A DNA stretch of 62,972 bases, filler included. It is 4 parts of 4 records of this genome, joined end to end, with 100 filler letters (N's around TTAATTAATTAA, not from the genome) between each part and the next. Parts side by side here need not be neighbours in the genome. Positions count along the whole stretch, not along the records: positions 44,409 to 57,380 come from SRR20825019_2103; 3 more parts are not named here. One strand, given 5' to 3'. The notes under the pieces are model-generated. The model searched no databases. It worked only from the letters and a program-made list of their open reading frames with translations, and was not told the origin of the DNA. Below, piece after piece: positions 45,094-54,552 of the stretch. Each line of letters opens with the position of its first letter. The stretch's first letter is position 1. The position numbers and the translations under genes are program-made.

Positions 45094-46203
45094 TTATTCA
45101 TTCATTGTCCCGTTATCTGTTTTTTTACCTTCTTCAAGACTTAATATTGATTTTCCTGAGGTGTTAATAAACTCTAGGGATTTGGAACTTTGTTGTATTG
45201 AATTAATAAGTTGTTCTTTTTCCTCAGTTTCTCTGGTTTTCTCTTCTTCTTTAACTTCTGGAAGGGTTTCTACTCGAATATCAAGGTTGAAACCATTGTC
45301 TATCCTATTTGCAATTTTATTGAATGAAATTGTTAACCCAGAAATGAGTTCATTTTTTCTACCAACATCTTTTTCTTTGTAATGGCTTTTAACAATTTCC
45401 TTAGCCAATTTTACAATTTCTACTTCCATTGTTTTGTTGGCGTGTTCCTCAATTCCTTTGGTTTCCTTTTCGGGTACACCTTTGTCCTTTAACTGATTTC
45501 TTAGATTCTTTATCTCTAATATGGTTTTGTAATTATTTAGAATTTTTTCTGTTGCAATAATTAAGATATTACCAATCAATAATGATAGTTCGATATATAG
45601 TGTGTAGTCGCTAGATGAAATTGTATTTACTTTAAATTCCTGTTTCCCACCTGTTGCAACTTCAGAAATATTATTGAGGATAAAATTTAATTCAGAAATC
45701 TCTCTTTTTAAAGAACTTAGATTTTCTTCTGTGTAAGTTCTTGGAATCAAGTAACTTAATTCGCAATGACCGGGTTCAATTTCTTCTTTTCCAATTTTTA
45801 GACCTGAAAAACCTTCTACTAATTGATTCAAAGAGTTATAAAAAGTTTCTGCTTCACCAAGTATCTTATTTATTTCCTCTAAAGCAGAAGATGGGGTTAT
45901 CTGATTGCCAACAAAGGCATTTTCGATTCTTGATTTTAGATTTTCACCGACTAATCCAGTTCCTCCAATTTCATCTACTACTTGACTCCACATTGGACTA
46001 AATTGATTTGAAGGTGCTTCTTCTAAATAATCAAACAACTGTTTCTGGGAGTTTGATAAGTTTTGTTGATGAGCGGGTTGTTGTGGTTGGTTAACAAGAT
46101 TTTGTAAATGGTTTCTCAATTCCGTTAATACATTCACAACGTTTATCTTGTCAAATTCCGTTTTCAATTCGCTTGAAATTCTGTATAATTTTTCTGCGTT
46201 CAT
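45094..46203 (-). CDS. Hypothetical cytoplasmic, largely helical protein (369 aa)
   Basis: Long AT-rich ORF with A-rich leader; no recognised catalytic motif. Confidence 0.85.
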   Translation of the reverse strand: MNAEKLYRISSELKTEFDKINVVNVLTELRNHLQNLVNQPQQPAHQQNLSNSQKQLFDYLEEAPSNQFSPMWSQVVDEIGGTGLVGENLKSRIENAFVGNQITPSSALEEINKILGEAETFYNSLNQLVEGFSGLKIGKEEIEPGHCELSYLIPRTYTEENLSSLKREISELNFILNNISEVATGGKQEFKVNTISSSDYTLYIELSLLIGNILIIATEKILNNYKTILEIKNLRNQLKDKGVPEKETKGIEEHANKTMEVEIVKLAKEIVKSHYKEKDVGRKNELISGLTISFNKIANRIDNGFNLDIRVETLPEVKEEEKTRETEEKEQLINSIQQSSKSLEFINTSGKSILSLEEGKKTDNGTMNE

Positions 46204-46438
46204 ATTTATTTTTTATAATTACCCACAACAACCCACTAAACGCCATCACGTTTAGCCCGCTTATATCTTACTTTCATTAAAGCTAAGTTAATATACTCTT
46301 TTATAGTATTCTATCCGACAAACAAACACTTATTATCAACTGATCTCGGTTAGATTATCCTTCCCTAAATTAATTCATTTCATCAAACTAGAATGAACCC
46401 ACGGAGCGTTTTCCTTTCTCTTCAACTTCCCCAAAAAC

Positions 46439-46465
46439 AAAAGGCTGCCTTTTCAGACAGCCTTT
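46439..46465 (-). terminator. Intrinsic terminator
   Basis: AAAGGCTG..CAGCCTTT inverted repeat downstream of the T9SS cargo gene. Confidence 0.7.
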
Positions 46466-46486
46466 CAAAATTATTTTCGCTCGTTA

Positions 46487-48151
46487 CTATTGAACAACGA
46501 TTCTAGAACCGTATCCTGGGAAGTTTGTTACTCTCAAGATATACGTTCCTGCTTCAAATGAATCCACGTTTAACACGTTTGCTCCAGTTTTAAGCTTTCC
46601 AGATTGAACAACTTTTCCATCCACTGAAGTAAGCTCGTAAGTAACTACTTCTTCGATAGGAGAAACTACGTTTAACTCACTGCTCGTTGGGTTTGGGTAA
46701 ATATCGAATGATAATAAATCAAGTGTATTCAAGCCAATAGAAGAAACGATAACGTCGTTGCAAACAACATCTGTACATCCGTCTGCACTTGTCGTTGTCA
46801 AACAAACTGTATATGTTCCATTTGCAGCATACGTGTGCGATGGGCTTTGTTGTGTTGAAGTATTTCCATCACCAAAATCCCAAGAATAAGTGGTTGCAGA
46901 TGTAGAAGTATTCGTGAATAATACGTCTCCAACTGTAACAGCTGATGTAAATGAAGAAGATGGAGAAATAAGTTGAACGATTTCAACACTGTCTTGACTT
47001 AAACAACCAGCAGGATCAGTTGCAGTTACAATGTAAGTTGCGGCAGTAGATGCATAAATGCCTTGCGAAGTTGCGCCTGTCGACCAATCGTATGCTACGA
47101 AACCAGTTCCAGCGTCTAATAACAAGCTATCTCCTGCACAAAATCCTGTAGATGGTGCAGTGATAGAAACTGCGAGAGCACCTGGTGGAACTTCTTCAGC
47201 TCCGAAAGCGAAAGTTGGAGTAACAGCAGCATACTTACGTGCACGAATCCAATCGATAGACATAGATCCAGTTCCTCCAGAGATTCCTCCGAATCCAACA
47301 ACTAAAGCGTCGTTTAAAGGGAACGTAACGTCTGTTGAAGTCACAGCACCAATAGAAGGGAAGTCAGCGATAATATCTCCAGTTCCTCTCCAAGTCAATG
47401 ACCAAATTCCAACAGGGTTTGTATAGTTTATTTGTGTTGAAGCCCAGTTGTGACCATCGCAAGGTGTAGTTACAGATGTAGAACCTACAGAAATTCTCAT
47501 TTGATTTGATCCCATCAAGTTTCCATAAGAACGCCAATCCGTTGCTCTCATTGCATAAATTCCTGGCCAGTTTCCTGATGCTGCAGTAATGTTAGATTCA
47601 ATCGTGTACACGTTACCAAGTGGAAGTGTATTGTTAGAAACGTACATTACGTCGCTTGACCACGATAAGTTTATTTGACCTCCCGTGAACGTAGTTGTAG
47701 AAGTTCCACAAGGATTTGTAAATTCACTAGCAGCGCTATTGTTGAAGTCATCGTATACATCGAATACACACGTTGCATCTGAATTGTCAGTTGCGCCTGT
47801 GTTTCCATAATACATAAAGAGCGTAGAAGAACCACTTGCTGGTACAGCACTTACATTGACCCAAACAGAAGTCGTTGTTGTGTTAATTCCACTTTCTATC
47901 CAGTAACATGCTGGTGTACAGCAGTCAATTGCAAATCGCATATCTGAACCATCTATGTTCATTTTTCCAGCGCTAATAAGTGCTTGCGTATTTACGACTA
48001 CGTTTACTTGATGACCTGATAATGCAACTGCGTTGGGATTAGTAACTGTTAGGGGCATCCTGTATTGCCATGAAGGTAAACAGTTTGATACTTGTGCGAA
48101 AGTTTGAGATACTAGCGTTAGTAAACCAAATAATAGTAGGTGTTTTTTCAT
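46487..48151 (-). CDS. T9SS-secreted protein with DUF2341, PKD and type A sorting domains
   Basis: Signal peptide MKKHLLL.., WQYRMPLTV..DGSDMRF..YWIE..MYYGN (DUF2341), YSWDFGDG..PSHTY (PKD), IYPNPT CTD. Confidence 0.88.
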   Translation of the reverse strand: MKKHLLLFGLLTLVSQTFAQVSNCLPSWQYRMPLTVTNPNAVALSGHQVNVVVNTQALISAGKMNIDGSDMRFAIDCCTPACYWIESGINTTTTSVWVNVSAVPASGSSTLFMYYGNTGATDNSDATCVFDVYDDFNNSAASEFTNPCGTSTTTFTGGQINLSWSSDVMYVSNNTLPLGNVYTIESNITAASGNWPGIYAMRATDWRSYGNLMGSNQMRISVGSTSVTTPCDGHNWASTQINYTNPVGIWSLTWRGTGDIIADFPSIGAVTSTDVTFPLNDALVVGFGGISGGTGSMSIDWIRARKYAAVTPTFAFGAEEVPPGALAVSITAPSTGFCAGDSLLLDAGTGFVAYDWSTGATSQGIYASTAATYIVTATDPAGCLSQDSVEIVQLISPSSSFTSAVTVGDVLFTNTSTSATTYSWDFGDGNTSTQQSPSHTYAANGTYTVCLTTTSADGCTDVVCNDVIVSSIGLNTLDLLSFDIYPNPTSSELNVVSPIEEVVTYELTSVDGKVVQSGKLKTGANVLNVDSFEAGTYILRVTNFPGYGSRIVVQ

Positions 48152-48277
48152 GTGAATAATTTTTCGGCTAAGATAGTGACTAAACTCGAAAAAAAAAGAA
48201 ATTAAGAAATAAAAAAGTACATAACACAAAGAGCCTCACACATTTCTGAGGAGGCTCTTAATATTGAGAAAGTTGAC

Positions 48278-51200
48278 TTAATCTTCCTTCCAGTTCTCGT
48301 CTTTTCCTTTTATATACGGAATTTTTGCCTCAGCTAATTTTGATTCAAGTGCTTTTATGCGCACAATAATATCGTCTAAACTTGTTCTGAATTCTTGGTA
48401 TTCTTCTTCTGCGATGGCTTTATTTGTTTTCTGAGTTTTAGTCATTCCCGAACGATTCGCAGAAAGCTGGTATTCTACAATTCCAATGCGATTAGAAATA
48501 CTAGGGACAGTTTCAAATTCATTCCCCGCTCTGATTCCATCTCCCCAAAGTTTTACTGTACAATCGTGATAAAGCGTTTTGAGTGCTTCAACTTCCGTTA
48601 ACAGTTTTAAGTCTGTTCCAGGGTATGTGCGGATGGCGTGCTCGATAAGGTCTAATTTCTCATTCATTTCCCCCATAATTCTGCTTGATCCTGCAATACT
48701 TCGTTGTAACTCTGCTACTTCTTTCTTAAACTGGCCGAGCTCTGCCGAGTTAGTCGTTGGCAACGCAAGGTTGTTTAATTCAGTTACTTTGAACGGAGTC
48801 TTAGCGATTAATTCTTCGATTACTCCATCTTTTTCATGAATGACTTCAACTGTATAATTTCCAGCGGCAACTAAAAAGCCATCATCTGGGTCGGAGTAAC
48901 GACCTGGTTCTGATTTTTTAATGGTGATGGGTGAGGTTGATTCTCCGCGAAGGTTCCACGAAGTACGAGAGATTCCTGCCTTAGGTGAAGTCAATAATCG
49001 TTTGATTTCATTTCCGCTTGCATCACGAATAACCCAAATCAACTGAGCTTTTCCTTCCAGTTCTTCTTCTTTCAATGTTTCGAAACTAGGGTAGTCGGCT
49101 GGCTTTTTCTCTTTTTCAAGTTCCTTTTCTTTCTTTTGACGTTCTTCTTTTAATGAAGATTTTGTTTCTTTTATGTAAAGCGAGAAAGTGACACCAAATG
49201 CTGGATTTTCAGCGTTCCACAAATCGGCTCCCTGAGAACCCGTTCCTCTCAATCCAAGTGGTGCGGAAGGAATGTACAGCAAACCTTCTTTCACATCAAA
49301 AAGGTGTGCCTTTTTATCCAAGGTTTCTTTTGAAAGAGTTCTAAGTGGAGAATAATTGTCAAGTACGTAAAATCCGCGACCGAAACTCGCCGCAACAAGA
49401 TCATTTTCGCGTGTTTGAATTTCTAAATCGTAAATCGCAATAGTTGGTAATCCCGCGAGTTTTGTCCATGTTGTTCCTCCATCATTACTGAAGTAAGCAC
49501 CGAATTCGGTTCCTGCAAAAAGTAGCTTCGGATCGATATTGTCTTGCCTGATGACATACGCAGATCCTCTTTCTGGTAAGTTTCCTGAAATGGAAGTCCA
49601 TGTTTTTCCTTTGTCATTACTACGATAAATGTACGGCTTGAAATCTCCTGATCTATGGTTGTTGAATACGGCGAATACTACGTTTTCATCATGACTACTT
49701 GCGCAGATCATGTTTACTCTTGTTTGCTCAGGAACTCCAGAAAAACTGCTGATTTTAGTCCATGAACCTCCTTCGTCCGACGATATTTGAATCAATCCGT
49801 CATCCGTACCAGCATACAACAAACCTTTTTTAAGCGGAGATTCGTCCAAAGCGACAATATTCCCATAAATAGTTGTTGATTTATTTTTCATTACCGCATC
49901 AATCGACCAAACTTGGTCCATCACAGGCAGTTTATTTCTGTCTATTTGACGCGAAAGGTCTGGAGAAACAACCGACCAATCATCTCCGCGATTTGTACTT
50001 TTAAATACCTTATTCGCCGCAAAGTAAATTGTTTTATTGTCGTGTGGTGAAATTAGTAGAGGAGCATCCCAATTCCAACGATAAGCATCTTCGCCTTTTC
50101 CTGGCATCGGCTGAATTGGTGTTTTCTCTCCAGATGTTTTGTCGTAGCGAACGAGCCAACCGTATTGCGCTTGAGCATAAGCAATATTGGGATCTATTGG
50201 GTCAATTGCCGATTCGAAACCGTCTCCACCGTTTGTAATAAACCAATCCGAGTTGAGAATTCCTGCATTATTGATCGTCGCAGATGGACCTCCCATAGAG
50301 TTATTATCTTGAGTTCCTCCGTAAATATTGTAGAAAGGTTCAGCATTGTCAACCGCAACTTTGTAAAATTGAATGAGTGGTAAATTGCTGTAATATTTCC
50401 AATCTGCTGCGTGATTGTACGTTTCATAAATTCCACCATCACAACCAACAATCCAGTGTTCTGGATTATATGGATCGATCCAAATACAGTGATTGTCTAC
50501 GTGCTTTTTTTCTTCACCCGTAGCAACAAACGTTTTTCCACCATCTTCTGTGTGATGCAACCAAGTATCCATGGCAAATACCTTGTTTACGTTCGTTAAA
50601 TCACAGATGATTTCTTGATAATAATTTCCGCTAGTATTGTAGCTAGACATTTTATTCCAAGACATTCCACCATTCGTTGATCGGAAAAAACCTCCTTTTT
50701 CCTGACGCGCTTCAACAATTGCGTACACATAATTTGAATTCACAGGAGATACAGCTATGCCGATTCTTCCCATGTCATTTTTTGGCAAACCTTCATTTAT
50801 CTCTTTCCAAGTTTCACCGCCATCAGTGGATTTGTACAATCCCGATTCAGGTCCACCGCCGATGTATGTCCATTCGTGTCTTCTTCGTTGGTGCGCAGAG
50901 GCATACAGTATATCAGGATTCGTAGGGTCAATTTTTATTTCAGCAATTCCCGTGTTTTCGGATATTTCCAATGTTGCTTCCCATGTAACACCGCCATCAG
51001 TCGATTTGTAAACACCGCGTTCACCACCTTTGCTCCAAACTGGGCCATAAGCCGCAACCCACAAAATGTCTTCGTTCTCTGGGTGAATAACAATACTTCC
51101 AATATGTTCTGAGGTTTTTAACCCCATGTTTTTGAATGTTTTCCCGTCATCTGTGGACTTGTAAACACCATCGCCGTACGCCACCGAACGTTGATTGTTG

Positions 51201-51556
51201 TTTTCACCTGTTCCTACCCAAACCGTTGATGGGTTAGACGGAGCGAGCGCCACACAACCGATCGAAAATGAACCGTAATTATCGAAAATTGGAGAGAATG
51301 TAGTTCCGTGATTGGTTGTTTTCCAAACTCCGCCAGAAGCAGCGGCAACATACCAAACGTGCTCATTTTCTGGGTGAACTGTTATATCAGCAATTCTACC
51401 AGAAGTTAAAGCTGGACCAACAAGTCTAAATGATAATCCAGATACAACTGAGGCTGCAACGGCAGATTCTTTTGTTGTTTCCTTTTGGGATTTTTTTTGA
51501 GCAGAGACAGCACAGGCCGTATTGGTGATGAGAAAAAGGAGTAGAAGACGCTTCAT
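48278..51556 (-). CDS. Secreted BNR/Asp-box beta-propeller protein (VPS10/sortilin-like, often annotated glycosyl hydrolase)
   Basis: GPALTSGRI, repeated S-x-D-G-G-x-T-W Asp boxes, YGGTQDNNS, RWNWDAP, helical C-terminal tail. Confidence 0.9.
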   Translation of the reverse strand: MKRLLLLFLITNTACAVSAQKKSQKETTKESAVAASVVSGLSFRLVGPALTSGRIADITVHPENEHVWYVAAASGGVWKTTNHGTTFSPIFDNYGSFSIGCVALAPSNPSTVWVGTGENNNQRSVAYGDGVYKSTDDGKTFKNMGLKTSEHIGSIVIHPENEDILWVAAYGPVWSKGGERGVYKSTDGGVTWEATLEISENTGIAEIKIDPTNPDILYASAHQRRRHEWTYIGGGPESGLYKSTDGGETWKEINEGLPKNDMGRIGIAVSPVNSNYVYAIVEARQEKGGFFRSTNGGMSWNKMSSYNTSGNYYQEIICDLTNVNKVFAMDTWLHHTEDGGKTFVATGEEKKHVDNHCIWIDPYNPEHWIVGCDGGIYETYNHAADWKYYSNLPLIQFYKVAVDNAEPFYNIYGGTQDNNSMGGPSATINNAGILNSDWFITNGGDGFESAIDPIDPNIAYAQAQYGWLVRYDKTSGEKTPIQPMPGKGEDAYRWNWDAPLLISPHDNKTIYFAANKVFKSTNRGDDWSVVSPDLSRQIDRNKLPVMDQVWSIDAVMKNKSTTIYGNIVALDESPLKKGLLYAGTDDGLIQISSDEGGSWTKISSFSGVPEQTRVNMICASSHDENVVFAVFNNHRSGDFKPYIYRSNDKGKTWTSISGNLPERGSAYVIRQDNIDPKLLFAGTEFGAYFSNDGGTTWTKLAGLPTIAIYDLEIQTRENDLVAASFGRGFYVLDNYSPLRTLSKETLDKKAHLFDVKEGLLYIPSAPLGLRGTGSQGADLWNAENPAFGVTFSLYIKETKSSLKEERQKKEKELEKEKKPADYPSFETLKEEELEGKAQLIWVIRDASGNEIKRLLTSPKAGISRTSWNLRGESTSPITIKKSEPGRYSDPDDGFLVAAGNYTVEVIHEKDGVIEELIAKTPFKVTELNNLALPTTNSAELGQFKKEVAELQRSIAGSSRIMGEMNEKLDLIEHAIRTYPGTDLKLLTEVEALKTLYHDCTVKLWGDGIRAGNEFETVPSISNRIGIVEYQLSANRSGMTKTQKTNKAIAEEEYQEFRTSLDDIIVRIKALESKLAEAKIPYIKGKDENWKED

Positions 51557-51646
51557 TTTTTAGAGATTTTAGGCTTGCAAAATAGCTATTTTCAGTCATT
51601 TCGTGACATTTAAAGGCTAAAAACACATTGAAAAAAATAATTATAG

Positions 51647-51669
51647 AAGTTTCAGTATTTATTGAAAAT
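51647..51669. promoter_or_regulatory. Putative operator (TTTCA-N8-TGAAA), copy 1
   Basis: AAGTTTCAGTATTTATTGAAAAT just upstream of the regulator ATG; 21/23 identical to copy 2. Confidence 0.7.
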
Positions 51670-51685
51670 TATGTATATTCGTTGT

Positions 51686-52189
51686 ATGAAATTAAAAGAA
51701 GCACAACAGGAATTTGTTCAACTCTGGGGTAATTTTGGTACTCAATGGGGGATCAATAAGACAATGGCGCAAGTACATGCACTTTTGTTGACTTCTTCGG
51801 AAGTACTCAGTACGGATGATGTAATGGAACAGTTGTCCATTTCTCGTGGCGGCGCAAATACAAATTTACGTGAGTTAATGACGTGGAATTTAATTTACAA
51901 AGTTTCCAAGCCAGGAGATAGAAGAGAGTTCTTTCAAGCTGAAAAGGACATGTGGGAAGTGGCGAAACGAATTACTAGAGAACGAAAAAGAAGAGAAATT
52001 GAACCACTTCTTTTACACCTAGAAAGACTTAAAACGATTGAAGACGGCGAAACGAAAGATTCAAAGGAATTCAAAAGCATGGTAAGTGATATTGAACGCC
52101 TTGTAGGAAGGTTGGATGGAGTTTCTGAAACATTGATGAAAGCAGAGGAAAGTGCGTTCTTCGGAGGATTGATTCGCTTGTTTAAGTAA
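51686..52189 (+). CDS. GbsR/MarR family transcriptional regulator
   Basis: WGINKTMAQVHALLL..LSISRGGANTNLREL..GDRREFFQAEKDMW..RKRREIEP. Confidence 0.9.
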   Translation: MKLKEAQQEFVQLWGNFGTQWGINKTMAQVHALLLTSSEVLSTDDVMEQLSISRGGANTNLRELMTWNLIYKVSKPGDRREFFQAEKDMWEVAKRITRERKRREIEPLLLHLERLKTIEDGETKDSKEFKSMVSDIERLVGRLDGVSETLMKAEESAFFGGLIRLFK

Positions 52190-52207
52190 TCGTCTTTTTT
52201 TAATTAA

Positions 52208-52230
52208 AAGTTTCAGAAATTATTGAAAAT
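52208..52230. promoter_or_regulatory. Putative operator (TTTCA-N8-TGAAA), copy 2
   Basis: AAGTTTCAGAAATTATTGAAAAT, same spacing (16 nt) before the next ATG as copy 1. Confidence 0.7.
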
Positions 52231-52246
52231 ATTAAAACTTAAAAAG

Positions 52247-53077
52247 ATGAAAACACTAACCAATGAGTACTTGTTATACGACGAAGATTGTCCACTCTGT
52301 ACTTGGTATACAAAGCAATTTATTCGCCACAATTTTTTAAGAAGTGATGAACGAATCTCATTTAACCAAGCGATTGTAGAGAAAAGGTTTGATTTCGATG
52401 AAGATAGAGCGAAGAATGAAATCGCACTTGTTTCTGATAATGGAGAAGTGTACTACGGAATAGACAGTCTTCTTCACATTTTTGGAAAGAAACTCAAATG
52501 GATTGAGCGAATAGGTCACTTTTTGCCTATTTATTTGTTCTTAAAACTGCTCTATAAACTCGTAAGTTTTAATCGCAAAGTAATCGCGCCTGCAGACTGT
52601 AGTGCCGTTAATTCATGCGAACCGACTTTTAATATTGGCTGGAGGTTTGTTTTTATTCTGATAGCAGGATTGATCACAAATGCTATCGTTGGAAATTTCT
52701 TTCACGCTCATTTCTCTGATAACCTAAGAATTGATTTCCCGTTCATGGATTTTACCTTGTTTATTGGTCAACTGCTCTTTCAAGGTGCATTTTTCCTTTT
52801 GTTTAGAGAGCGAAACTTCTTGAATTATGCAGGACAGATTGCCGTAATTAGTTTAATAGGAGCTCTCGCACTCGGCGGAATGAATCTTGGGATCACTGCC
52901 CTCGGAAACTGGGGTTACAACACAACGATGTTAGCACCTGCAGCACTTGGGATCGTCATCGGGATTATGTTTTTGGAGCATGTGAGAAGGGTAGGAGTAC
53001 TCCATCATACAAAATGGCTCTCTATTACATGGTTCACGTATCGTATTTTAATTTACCCGCTTGTATTTGTATTATGA
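52247..53077 (+). CDS. DCC1-like thiol-disulfide oxidoreductase (DUF393) fused to a membrane domain
   Basis: LLYDEDCPLC, YYGIDSL, LYKLVSFNRKVI, then about 4 TM segments. Confidence 0.82.
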   Translation: MKTLTNEYLLYDEDCPLCTWYTKQFIRHNFLRSDERISFNQAIVEKRFDFDEDRAKNEIALVSDNGEVYYGIDSLLHIFGKKLKWIERIGHFLPIYLFLKLLYKLVSFNRKVIAPADCSAVNSCEPTFNIGWRFVFILIAGLITNAIVGNFFHAHFSDNLRIDFPFMDFTLFIGQLLFQGAFFLLFRERNFLNYAGQIAVISLIGALALGGMNLGITALGNWGYNTTMLAPAALGIVIGIMFLEHVRRVGVLHHTKWLSITWFTYRILIYPLVFVL

Positions 53078-53991
53078 AAAAGGAAAGAATTGTTATCACC
53101 GCTGCAAACGGTTTCATGGGGAGGCATTTAGCTGAGTTTTTGCGCGAGAAATTTGAAGTCATAGGCCTCGTAAGGTCTGAAAAAATTGTTCGAGTGGAAG
53201 GTGTTGAATATCACCTTTGGGACGGAAAAAGTCTTGGTGCTTGGCAAAGTTTACTTGAAGGATCAAAATGTGTTATCAACCTTGCTGGAAAATCAGTTGA
53301 TTGTAGATACAACGAGGAAAACAAAGGGGCAATTTATGCGTCACGACTGGAAAGTACAAACGTTATTGGTCAGGCAATTGACTTGTGTGATACGCCTCCT
53401 GAACTCTGGATCAACGCGGCAAGTGCGACCATTTATCGACATTCTGAAGATGTTGCTATGACCGAAGAAAAAGGGGAGATTGGAACTGGCTTTTCTGTCG
53501 ATGTTTGTCAACGCTGGGAACGCTCTTTCTTCGATTTCACCTACAAAGACGTACGTCAAATTGCAATAAGAACCGCAATTGTTCTAGGAGAGAAGGGCGG
53601 CGCTTTGCCTCCATTGTTGAACTTGGTTCGTGCTGGACTTGGTGGAGCTCAGGGGAAGGGAAATCAGATGTTTAGTTGGATTTCAATTCATGATTTCTGC
53701 AGAAGTATCGAATTTATCATTGAGAATGCGGAATTGGGCGGTCCGGTGAATATAAGTGCGCCAAATCCAGTGAAAAACACGCAGTTGATGGCAGTTCTGC
53801 GGAGACATTTGGGCAGAACGATTGGACTTCCAACGCCAACTTGGTTACTAAAACTGGGAGCAAGAATGATCAAAACAGAAACCGAACTTATTTTGAAAAG
53901 TCGATTCGTGGTACCTGAAAAATTGGTGTTAAATGGCTTTGAATTCGATTACCCACATTTAGAACAAGCATTAAATAATCTAAAAAAATAG
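53074..53991 (+). CDS. TIGR01777 family NAD-dependent epimerase/oxidoreductase
   Basis: ITAANGFMG, INLAGKSVDCRY, NAASATIY, RTAIVLG, GNQMFSWI; ATGA overlap with the upstream stop. Confidence 0.9.
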   Translation: MKKERIVITAANGFMGRHLAEFLREKFEVIGLVRSEKIVRVEGVEYHLWDGKSLGAWQSLLEGSKCVINLAGKSVDCRYNEENKGAIYASRLESTNVIGQAIDLCDTPPELWINAASATIYRHSEDVAMTEEKGEIGTGFSVDVCQRWERSFFDFTYKDVRQIAIRTAIVLGEKGGALPPLLNLVRAGLGGAQGKGNQMFSWISIHDFCRSIEFIIENAELGGPVNISAPNPVKNTQLMAVLRRHLGRTIGLPTPTWLLKLGARMIKTETELILKSRFVVPEKLVLNGFEFDYPHLEQALNNLKK

Positions 53992-53996
53992 AAATC

Positions 53997-54521
53997 ATGA
54001 AAAGTGAATTTAAAATGAATCGGGCGTGGAGATATACACTTCTTTGCGCAACCGCGGGTGGAATTGTAGGCATGATCGCTCTGGCCTTTATGGTAGGTAA
54101 GACTTCCGCAATTTTCGGTTTTAGTGTCTTTCTCGGAGTTGGCTTGACGGCCTATTTGTATTATGAAAATAAGTTTAAGCCAGATCAGATTCACCCCAGA
54201 CAAAGCTATATAAACGCAGCTGTATTTGTTGGGTTAGCATCACACTTCTCCTCTTTTTTGATTTTTGGACTTGTTACCTATTTCTTGGGGAATGACGGGG
54301 TATTTGGTTTTTCTACTAACAATTTCGGTGAGACGCTAGGCTCAAGCTTGTTTCTGGGACTGTTTTCTATGATTTTTTTGTTTTGGCTTTCTATTCCAAT
54401 GTATATAATTACGGGTGTCGTTGCGAAAAAATTCGATGACGAAGAGTTTAGGGCGAATGGAATTTCTTCTGAAGTAACTAACGAACCTCAGAAAGTTTAT
54501 AATGAGGAACTTGACTTCTAG
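53997..54521 (+). CDS. Hypothetical 4-TM membrane protein, paralog A
   Basis: Hydrophobic ORF; aligns end to end with 54553-55065. Confidence 0.8.
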   Translation: MKSEFKMNRAWRYTLLCATAGGIVGMIALAFMVGKTSAIFGFSVFLGVGLTAYLYYENKFKPDQIHPRQSYINAAVFVGLASHFSSFLIFGLVTYFLGNDGVFGFSTNNFGETLGSSLFLGLFSMIFLFWLSIPMYIITGVVAKKFDDEEFRANGISSEVTNEPQKVYNEELDF

Positions 54522-54552
54522 CAAATCTCTCTCAATCTAGAAAATAGAAATT

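Noticed and set aside
40770-53991. Two TIGR01777 genes as a duplication
   Set aside because: They are on different contigs that probably come from different organisms.
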